DNA of 21,103 nucleotides. Origin: Octopus sinensis (lineage: Eukaryota). Each line of letters opens with the position of its first letter. Position 1 is the first letter of the stretch. The notes under the pieces were generated by a model. The model searched no databases, was not told the DNA's origin, and saw nothing but the letters and a program-made list of their open reading frames with translations. Position numbers and translations under genes: made by a program. This document shows positions 10,469 to 19,563 of the stretch, piece after piece. Where the stretch lies: the NCBI RefSeq assembly GCF_006345805.1, contig NW_021824350.1, positions 1-21,103 of the forward strand. The letters run 5' to 3'.

Positions 10469-11109
10469 TGATATTATATATATATATATTTATATATATA
10501 TATATATAAATATATATATATGTGTGTATGTGTGTGTGTGTGTGTTTATATATGAATGAATGTTGAACGTACGTATGTATAAAGTCATTAACGACAATGA
10601 AGGACAACGCATATCTTAAATTCAGAATTACAACTTACTAAAAGCCAACACGCGTTTCTTTTCTGTAGGCATTTTGGGGATATAATAGCGTAATGGTAAA
10701 ATATACAATGCAGTCAATAATGAATAGATCTTAATATCTCATACATATGCCAAATTTTATATTAACCTAATTTTGTCAAGAGAAAGGACTACATATATAT
10801 ATACTCTCAAAGAACTAAAAAGTTTTGCATCAATACAGGAAACTAATTAACGTGTGGTTTAAGAAGTTAGTAAGATTAAAGATACCTGCCTGGAATTGTA
10901 AATCCTTACATGACATATATTATATATATATGTGTGTGTGTGCGTATGTGTGTGTGTGTGTGTGTGTGTCTGTGTGTCTGTCTGTGTGTGTTTGAGTGTG
11001 TGTGTGCGTGTGTTTGTGTATGTATTATAAATATATATATATATATATACATGTGTAAATATATATGCATATGTATATATATATATATTATATATATATA
11101 TATGCGTAC

Positions 11110-11505
11110 AGGAGTGGCTGTGTGGTAAGTAGCTTACTAACCAACCACATGGTTCCGGGTTCAGTCCCACTGCGTGGCATCTTGGGCAAGTGTCTTCTAC
11201 TATTGTCTCGGGCCGGCCAAAGCCTTGTGAGTGGATTTGGTAGACGGAAACTGAAAGAAGCCTCTCGTGTATATGTATATATATGTATATGTATGTATAT
11301 GTTTGTGTGTCTGTGTTTGTCCCTCTAGCATTGCTTGACAACCGATGCTTGTGTGTTTACGTCCCCGTCACTTAGCAGTTCGGCAAAAGAGACCGATTAG
11401 AAAAGTACTGGGCTTACAAAGAATAAGTCCCGGGGTCGATTTGCTCGACTAAGGCGGGGTGTCCAGCATGGCCACAGTCAAAATTACTGAAACAAGTAAA
11501 AGAGT
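11110..11505 (+). mobile_element. Family 1 SINE, full length (copy A)
   Basis: Pol III A box TGGCTGTGTGG and B box GGTTCAGTCCC in a tRNA-like head, then body, central microsatellite and tail ending gaaacaagtaaaagagt. Confidence 0.95.
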
Positions 11506-11877
11506 ATATATGTATATGTGTATATATGTGTGTGTGTGTGCGTGTGTGTATGTACATGTATATATTTATGTGTTTGTTTGTTTGTGTGTGTATATGTGTG
11601 CGTGTAATGCAATAAGAATTTAGAAATCCAAGCAGATATTTTTTGTTCTGTCCTCCTACATTCTCTAACCTTATATTTAATTAGGTTCGTATATTAAATA
11701 TGGCGAAAGGATAACTGATTTTTCCATGCTTTTATGATGCTATAACTAATCATTTACAAAATACACCATGTTTCTCGAAGCAAGCTTTCAGGATCTTTTT
11801 ATGCTCTAGATATACTTTAAATAAAGAACAAGGGCGTCGGACACTGAGAAAATAATAATAACAGTAATAATAATAAT

Positions 11878-12419
11878 ACCAGGCAGTGGCTCTCATGGCT
11901 TCTGATCTTAACTGATTGGAAGTGTTATCATAACATTGTTTTGTCTTGGTATAAAAGATGGGCTACAGCAAATATTCTGCTCAATACCACAGATTTGCTT
12001 GTCAGTTGTTGACCTTAACCAGTGGAGCATGTCCCTTAGTGGCTGACGATATGTGCATCTCTGATCACGAGCAGAAGTAGTGGGGGGAGCATCATAGCCA
12101 TGTGGTTGAGAGGGATTCTTTGGGGTTTGAATAGTTCACCTCTGGAAACATGGATGGTTCTTTCAACATCCTTAAACAACCCTTATTCAGGGACCTTTTG
12201 AGCGGGATGAGCTACTCAACCTGAAGAAAATTCTAACTGGGCCCCACCTGTAAGGTCATGTGCTGTTTATCTTGATATAAGATCACCATGTCGCGCACAT
12301 ATGGTTGTGATGCATGTGCCTGGTGTACCCTTATCAGACGGGTAGTCATGATGGGTATATTGGGCTTCGTATATTTTACCCCAGTGTCACTTTGATGGCA
12401 TGAACTGCTCTCTCACTCA
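11878..12419. mobile_element. ~540-bp interspersed element embedded in (AAT)n on both sides, family unassigned
   Basis: Bounded by aataataat runs at both ends. A diverged partial copy follows at 12437-12697, showing it is a repeat family independent of the 2-kb duplication. I see no recognisable ORF. Confidence 0.7.
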
Positions 12420-12436
12420 ATAATAATAATAATAAT

Positions 12437-12697
12437 ATGATGCAGTACCAGGCAGGGGAAAGACCCAGATGCAGTACCAGGCAGTGGCTCTCGTGGTTTC
12501 TGATCCTAACAAATTGGAAGTGTTATCATGTACATTGTTTTGTCTTGGTATAAAAGATGGGCTACAGCAAGTATTCTGCTCAGTACCCCAGATTTGCTAG
12601 TTAGTTGCTTGACCTTAACCAGTTGAGCATGTCCCTTGGTGGCTAACGATATGTGCATCTCTGATCACGAGCAAAAGTAGTTGAGGAGCATCATGGC
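12437..12697. mobile_element. Second, diverged and truncated copy of the (AAT)n-embedded element
   Basis: Aligns to 11878-12100 with scattered substitutions and has a 17-bp direct repeat gatgcagtaccaggcag (12439 and 12468). Confidence 0.75.
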
Positions 12698-12964
12698 CAC
12701 CTTTTGTTTAGTAGTTTACAGAATCATTTGGAGGACATAAAACTTCGCAAGCCAGGAGGAAGTCAAAACTGACATTTCAGAGTTCTTCGCTTTGCAACCA
12801 AAGGAGTTTTACATTGATAGGATTAACAATCTTGTAAATAGATGGAAGGAAGTCATAGATAATCAGGGAAAGTATAGTGAATGTTAAATTTAAATTAAAT
12901 ATAACAGTTGATCACTTGTTTTCTTTATTCAAAATTCAGACAGAACTTATGGGATGACGTGATA
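12698..12964 (+). mobile_element. Mariner transposon 3' end with TIR (frameshifted copy)
   Basis: Same sequence as 14714-14979 with a frameshift at ggacataaaacttcg. Ends in agaacttatgggatgacgtgata followed by (TA)n. Confidence 0.88.
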
Positions 12965-13124
12965 TATATATATATATATATAATTAATTAATAACAATCG
13001 TACTGACTTTCATGGGAAACATGTATTTTTGTGGTTGAAACCTATTGGATTAACTGGTGCTAGAGTGAGCCATATAGTGACCACTCTCTTATATTTATTT
13101 TATATATATATATAATATATATAT

Positions 13125-13522
13125 AGGAGTGGCTGTGTGGTAAGTAGCTTACTAACCAACCACATGGTTCCGGTTCAGTCCCACTGCGTGGCATCTTGGG
13201 CAAGTGTCTTCTACTATGTCTCGGGCCGGCCAAAGCCTTTTGAGTGGATTTGGTAGACGGAAACGGAAAGAAAGCCTCTCGTGTATATGTATATATATGT
13301 GTATATGTATGTATATGTTTGTGGTGTCTGTGTTTGTCCTCTAGCATTGCTTGACAACCGATGCTTGTGTGTTTACGTCCCCTTCACTTAGCGGTTCGGC
13401 AAAAAGAGACCGATAGAATAAGTACTGGGCTTACAAAGAATAAGTCCCGGGGTCGATTTGCTCGACTAAAGGCGGTGCTCCAGCATGGCCACAGTCAAAA
13501 TTACTGAAACAAGTAAAAGAGT
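13125..13522 (+). mobile_element. Family 1 SINE, full length (copy A body in copy B upstream flank)
   Basis: Shares diagnostic bases with 11110 (agcttactaacc, gtggcatc, aaattactgaaac), but its upstream flank matches that of 15141. Confidence 0.95.
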
Positions 13523-13892
13523 ATATATGTATATGTGTATATATGTGTGTGTGTGTGCGTGTGTGTATGTACATGTATATATTTATGTGTTTGTTTGTTT
13601 GTGTGTGTATATGTGTGCGTGTAATGCAATAAGAATTTAGAAATCCAAGCAGATATTTTTTGTTCTGTCCTCCTACATTCTCTAACCTTATATTTATTAG
13701 GTTGTATATTAAATAGGCGTAAAGGACAACTGATTTTTCCATGCTTTTATGATGCTATAACTAATCATTTACAAAATACCCATGTTTCTCGAAGCAAGCT
13801 TTCAGGATCTTTTATATGCTCTAGATATACTTTAAATAAAGAACAAGGGCGTCGGACACTGAGAAAATAATAATAACAGTAATAATAATAAT

Positions 13893-14716
13893 ACCAGGCA
13901 GTGGCTCTCATGGCTTCTGATCTTAACTGATTGGAAGTGTTATCATGAACATTGTTTTGTCTTGGTATAAAAGATGGGCTACAGCAAATATTCTGCTCAA
14001 TACCACAGATTTGCTTGTCAGTTGTTTGACCTTAACCAGTTGAGCATGTCCCTTAGTGGCTGACGATATGTGCATCTCTGATCACGAGCAGAAGTAGTGG
14101 GGGGAGCATCATAGCCATGTGTTGAGAGGGATTCTTTGGGGTTTGAATAGTTCACCTCTGGAAACATGGGTGGTTCTTTCAACATCCTTAAACAACCCTT
14201 ATTCAGGGACCCTTGTTTGAGCGGGATGAGCTACTCACCTGAAGAAAATTCTAACTGGGCCCCACTGTAAGGTCATGTGCTGTTTATCTTGATATAAGAT
14301 CACCATGTCGCGCACATATGGTTGTGATGCATGTGCCTGGTGTACCCTTATCAGACGGTAGTCATGATGGGTATATTGGGCTTCGTATATTTTACCCCAG
14401 TGTCACTTTGATGGCATGAACTGCTCTCTCACTCATAATAATAATAATAATATGATGCAGTACCAGGGGCAGGGGAAAGACCCAGATGCAGTACCAGGCA
14501 GTGGCTCTCGTGGTTTCTGATCCTAACAATTGGAAGTGTTATCATGTACATTGTTTTGTCTTGGTATAAAAGATGGGCTACAGCAAGTATTCTGCTCAGT
14601 ACCCCAGATTTGCTAGTTAGTTGCTTGACCTTAACCAGTTGAGCATGTCCCTTGGTGGCTAACGATATGTGCATCTCTGATCACGAGCAAAAGTAGTTGA
14701 GGAGCATCATGGCCAC
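13893..14716. mobile_element. Duplicated (AAT)n-embedded element (13893-14435) plus partial copy (14452-14716)
   Basis: Near-identical to 11878-12697. Confidence 0.75.
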
Positions 14717-14979
14717 CTTTTGTTTAGTAGTTTACAGAATCATTTGGAGGACATAACTTTCGCAAGCCAGGAGGAAGTCAAAACTGACATTTCAGAGTTC
14801 TTCGCTTTGCAACCAAAGGAGTTTTACATTGATAGGATTAACAATCTTGTAAATAGATGGAAGGAAGTCATAGATAATCAGGGAAAGTATAGTGAATGTT
14901 AAATTTAAATTAAATATAACAGTTGATCACTTGTTTTCTTTATTCAAAATTCAGACAGAACTTATGGGATGACGTGATA
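14714..14979 (+). mobile_element. Mariner transposon 3' end with TIR
   Basis: 14720-14902 reads LFSSLQNHLEDITFASQEEVKTDISEFFALQPKEFYIDRINNLVNRWKEVIDNQGKYSEC*. This matches the Mos1/Hsmar1-type C-terminus (HLF+SLQN.L...F....V......FF...P.EFY..GI..L..RW+.VID..G.Y). It is followed by a TIR-like end and TA. Confidence 0.9.
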
Positions 14980-15140
14980 TATATATATATATATATATAA
15001 TATAATTATAACAATCGTACTGACTTTCATGGGAAACATGTATTTTTGTGGTTGAAACCTATTGGATTAACTGGTGCTAGAGTGAGCCATATAGTGACCA
15101 CTCTCTTATATTTATTTTATATATATATATATATATATAT

Positions 15141-15532
15141 AGGAGTGGCTGTGTGGTAAGTAGCTTGCTTACCAACCACATGGTTCCGGGTTCAGTCCCA
15201 CTGCATGGCACCTTGGGCAAATGCCTTCTGCTATAGCCCCGGGCCGACCAATGCCTTGGGAGTGGATTTGGTAGACGGAAACTGAAAGAAGCCTGTCCTA
15301 TATATGTATATATATGTGTTTGTGTGTCTTTGTTTGTCCCCCTAGCATTGCTTGACAACCGATGCTGGTGTGTTTACGTCCCCGTCACTTAGCGGTTCGG
15401 CAAAAAGAGACCGATAGAATAAGTACTGGGCTTACAAAAATAAGTCCCGGGGTCGATTTGCTCGACTAAAGGCGGTGCTCCAGCATGGCCGCAGTCAAAT
15501 GACTGAAACAAGTAAAATAGTAAAATAAAATA

Positions 15533-15533
<1 letters not shown>
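15141..15533 (+). mobile_element. Family 1 SINE, full length (independent copy B)
   Basis: Intact A and B boxes. Differs from copy A at several substitutions (agcttgcttacc, ctgcatggcacc, aaatgccttctgc, ccgcagtcaaatgac). Confidence 0.95.
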
Positions 15534-15565
<32 letters not shown>

Positions 15566-16216
15566 AGAGAGAGAGAGAGAGCAGTATGTCGATTGAAATT
15601 GATGGCTCTGATGGACAGTTTTTCACTTTGGGGGGGCATCCCATCATTGCATCTACTTTGGATGTGAATCCGGAAGAATACAGTGGTATCACAGAATAAA
15701 CACCCTGATAAGTAGTTACACATGACCAGCTGCCTAATCGTAAAACAGGAATCATATTTTGTTCGTCCGTATCTTTAATTCTGCAAGGGCAGGAAATTTT
15801 GTTGATGTATGATATTTGGTGCTTGGTGCGAAGTCACAAAAAAAGAAGAAATAAGAAAGCAATCGGTTTCCAAGCGACTAGAATTCAATTGTCTTGGAGT
15901 GCATTATTTATTGTCTTCGTTTTTTTCTTTCTCTCTTTCATCTTTTTTTTTTTGCCTTTCTTTTTAAATACGATACAACGCCATCTTGGGAGCACATTTT
16001 GATGCTTTAAGGTCTATCAATAGATAATGATAAAGTGTGTCTATTCGAGAAACTTCCAATGATTTACGCTGAGAGTATCCCAAATAAAGTGCATGAAATA
16101 GATAAAGGATGTTGTAGTTATGGAGCTGGAGTTAGTTACTAAAGGTTTCGTTGTTTCTTTGTGTATATAATCTTATGCGTATATCTATATACATATATGT
16201 ATATATATATATATAT

Positions 16217-16305
<89 letters not shown>

Positions 16306-16534
16306 GCATATATATATAATATGTATAAAACATGTATATATATATGTTATAATATTATATAATATTTAGAGTTATGTATATATAGTATAATATATCTATA
16401 TATAAATATATTTATATATGTGTGTGTGTGAATGTATGCGTGTAATAATATATATATATGTATTATAATACATATATATGTGTAACATAATATATAAAAT
16501 TTATATATATATTATATGTAATATAATACATGTG

Positions 16535-16602
<68 letters not shown>

Positions 16603-16724
16603 TATACATATCATACATTTATATATATGTTATATATATATATACATATTTATAAAATATAATGTATAATGCGTATATATAATATATATATATACATATA
16701 TATGCACACATATATATATTATAC

Positions 16725-16759
<35 letters not shown>

Positions 16760-16983
16760 CTATGCATGTATGTATGTATGTATGTATGTATGAGCACAGA
16801 CACAAACTCACGTGCATTTATTGTGGGAGAGAAGGATGGTGAGAGTGTTTGAATGGAGAAGGGACAGAAGGAAGATATGGCGATGTCTTATAGTGGAATG
16901 GTTTCAAGGTAAAGCTAGAATATACAAGCAAATTGGTTAAGGTGAAGGATCAAATTTTTCTTCTTATCTTGAATTCCTTGCAG

Positions 16984-17136
16984 GTTGTATCGATTTGGAA
17001 AAAAATATCCGGAATATTTTCCTGTAGAATGGTAAAACATTCCTTTTGGTGCATGGATAAACACTGGCCTCTCAAACTTCTGTGGTACGAAAAGTGGATT
17101 TACGACTTCAATGAAAACACGTTATCTAAACTATTA
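16984..17136 (+). CDS. Candidate internal exon (153 nt), product unknown
   Basis: Acceptor tttttcttcttatcttgaattccttgcag| and donor |gtgagt, length divisible by 3, non-repetitive. The phase-0 frame is open (VVSIWKK...LSKLL). The phase-2 frame reads LYRFGKKYPEYFPVEW*NIPFGAWINTGLSNFCGTKSGFTTSMKTRYLNY with one TAA. I do not recognise either protein. Confidence 0.45.
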
Positions 17137-17828
17137 GTGAGTAAAATCTCCCATTAGTGTATTCTTGTCCAAAGCCAGAGAACTAACCAAGTCATCAGTA
17201 TGAGCAACATAGTCAAAAGATTTCATCGAAATAATTATTTGGTAAAATATTCTTCAATATTTTAAAATCTAAAACCAGAACACTAAGGATGTGATTATCC
17301 CCGTTGGTCATTATATACGGTATCTTATATGACCTGCCAGTAGTAAAATTAATTCAATTTAAAAATATCCTTTTACGGAAAGCATTAATATTCGCACATA
17401 ATTAGCTACTCACGTTGTACAAAATATACGTATATTTTCTAGCTAATTTGGGCGTATTTTTAAGTTAAATACCAGGTGTAGTTTCGAAATAACATTTAAT
17501 ATTCACTGATATGATGGAGTTCGTCTATGTGCTTGAACATGTAGTTTCAAATAGCAGCCAAATGTTCTTCCTATTACAACCTTTAAGACACTCAGTGTAA
17601 TTTTGTTCTGAGAGATTCTCACTAAAGGTAGGTTGTCCAAATTTACGTTATATACATATATATAAGCATACATACATAGAATGCTGTAGGCACCTGTTAA
17701 CCTCGTGGTATAAATGCAAATGCACAGGGGCATGCGCGCGCGTGAGTGTGTACATGTGTGTGGGTGTTTGTGTACGTGTGTGTATGTGTGTGTGCGCGTG
17801 TATGTGTGCTTGACTGTATCGCACCGCA

Positions 17829-18345
17829 CTTCCGTTTACTAAATTCCACTCACAAAGTTGACTGACACTCCGTCGGTTACGATGACGAGGGTTCCAGTTG
17901 ATCCGATCAACGGAACAGCCTGCTCGTGAAATTAACTTACATGTGGCTGAGTACTCCACAGACACGTGTACCCTTAACGTAGTTCTCAAGGAGATTCAGC
18001 GTGACACAGTGTGTGACATGTCTGGCCCTTTGAAATACAGGTACAACAGAAACAGGAAGAAAGAGCGAGAGAAAGTTGTGGTGAAAGAGTACAGCATGTT
18101 TCAACACTAACCCCTGTCGGAGCATCGTGGAGCTTTAGGTATTTTCGCTCAATAAATACTCGCAATGCCCGGTCTAGGAATCCAAACCGCGATCCTACGC
18201 CCGCGAGTCCACTGCCTTAATCACTGGGCCATTACGCCTCCACACTCACAAGGTATTTATTAGACAACCGGACAGTACGAAAGCCTACAATTACCAAATG
18301 TGCTGTGCATTTGACTGGAAACTGGTAGCATTTGGGAAGCGAGTC
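17829..18345 (-). mobile_element. Old degenerate family 1 SINE fragment interrupted by a younger SINE
   Basis: cttccgtttactaaattccactcacaa before the insertion, and cactcacaagg...ttaccaaatgtgctgtgc...tttgggaagc after it, follow the minus-strand family 1 consensus. Confidence 0.6.
17858..18242 (-). mobile_element. tRNA-derived SINE (family 2; tRNA-Arg-like head, resembling octopus OR-type SINEs), full length with TSD
   Basis: Minus-strand head ggaggcgtaatggcccagtgattaaggcagtggactcgcgggcgtaggatcgcggtttggattcc has A-box and B-box-like motifs and TCG at the anticodon position. Flanked by the direct repeat cactcacaa (17847 and 18243). A second partial copy lies at 19433-19563. Confidence 0.88.
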
Positions 18346-19140
18346 GAAACTCTGAACTATCCAATTATGACTGGACTGAAACACCATACCTTTGTTTTAT
18401 TTATCCACTACTTCGCTGTCTCGCAGCCATAATAAACATTGCATTATATAACTTGTAATAGATATGACAACTCGGTGATAGCTTTCTCATCCGTATTGCA
18501 TACAGCTCTGTCACAAAGACGTATCATTATTCTATAATATATCTCATTCCTATATCATTCCGTACCATTTTTCAGTTTTCTGTCGTCTCCTCATTCTTTA
18601 CTTACGCGTGTTCATTGACTGACACTTTCGTTGAAATATCAAGTTAAAGACTGGTGTATTATAATTCATATCCCGATATATAGTAATCACCGAAGCTAGT
18701 TATGTGTTATTATGTTATGCTTCGTTCAAATTACTTGATTATACCATATCTCCGTTCCCCTCGTATTATCTTGCTTCTATCGTTTAGTGTCAACGAAGAA
18801 ATATCAATTAAATTTTCTTCGTAAGCTTATAGTACATCCTGGTTTTAATGTGTTTTTTATTACTCTTGCAGCTATATCAATAGTTCTGTATCTAAAATCT
18901 TTCAATTCCATGTCAGCGGCATAAAATGAAATGTATAGCAGCTGGAGATCTACTCGAATGCTTAATAGTAAAAGCCTCCCCACCTTTGTTGCACTGTTTC
19001 ATTGCTAAAGTCACTTAAATATTATACGACCTTACGTTGCAAGTTAGAAACGGTGAAGAGAGAAAAACTCACCACTGGAAACATTTGTAGCATTACACAA
19101 GTAGAACAGAAAAAAAAAATTTAAACTTTAAAGACATCTG

Positions 19141-19380
19141 GATGCAGATGTCTTTAAAATGAAACTGGATCTCTTCTTGTCAGGTATCCCAGATGAACCA
19201 ACTTCACGGCAGGAGGTGCAGATGAGAGCAGCTGCATCGAACTTTCTCATGCACCAAATGGCAATTGCTAAAAAGCATTCGTGAAGTAAAATCATGTAGC
19301 AACAGCAAATGGCGGTGCCCCAGCATGGCCACAGCTTGTGAGCTGAAACTAGATAAATAAATAAATAATAAATAAAATAT
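19141..19380 (+). mobile_element. 3' end of a 5'-truncated LINE (CR1-group-like): ORF2 C-terminus, short 3' UTR and (AAAT)n tail
   Basis: 19141-19284 reads DADVFKMKLDLFLSGIPDEPTSRQEVQMRAAASNFLMHQMAIAKKHS*. The FK.KLD.FL..IPD.P...RAA.SN signature is recalled from invertebrate CR1-group ORF2 ends. An A-rich simple-repeat tail follows. Clade assignment is tentative. Confidence 0.75.
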
Positions 19381-19432
19381 TGTCAACCAGTTAAAGCTGG
19401 TGAAAAAGATAATGTTACGGAGTGGTACTGTC

Positions 19433-19563
19433 GAAATACAGGTACAACAGAAACAGGAAGACGGAGTGAGAGAAAGTTGTGGTAAAAGAGTACAACAGGG
19501 TTCGCAACCATCCCCTGCCGGAGCCTCGTGGGGCTTAAGGTGTTTTCGCTCAATAAATACTCG
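19433..19563 (-). mobile_element. Family 2 SINE internal fragment
   Basis: Aligns with 18033-18161 (gaaatacaggtacaacagaaacaggaag...ttttcgctcaataaatactcg). Confidence 0.88.

Larger units (their letters stand above)
11110..15140. repeat. Tandem duplication of a ~2015-bp unit (11110-13124 and 13125-15140)
   Basis: Both units contain the same ordered content: SINE, unique spacer, (AAT)n-flanked element, its partial copy, mariner end and unique spacer. Differences are mostly 1-nt indels. Confidence 0.96.

Noticed and set aside
11110-11185. tRNA genes at SINE heads (also 18170-18242 and 20377-20465)
   Set aside because: A and B boxes are present but the cloverleaf is not intact, and each continues into a SINE body.
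14720-14902. Functional or domesticated transposase
   Set aside because: Only the last ~60 residues are present, there is no start codon or DNA-binding or full catalytic domain, and the sister copy is frameshifted.
17503-18125. Overlapping 62-113 aa ORFs on both strands
   Set aside because: They lie in (TG)n sequence and the family 2 SINE body.
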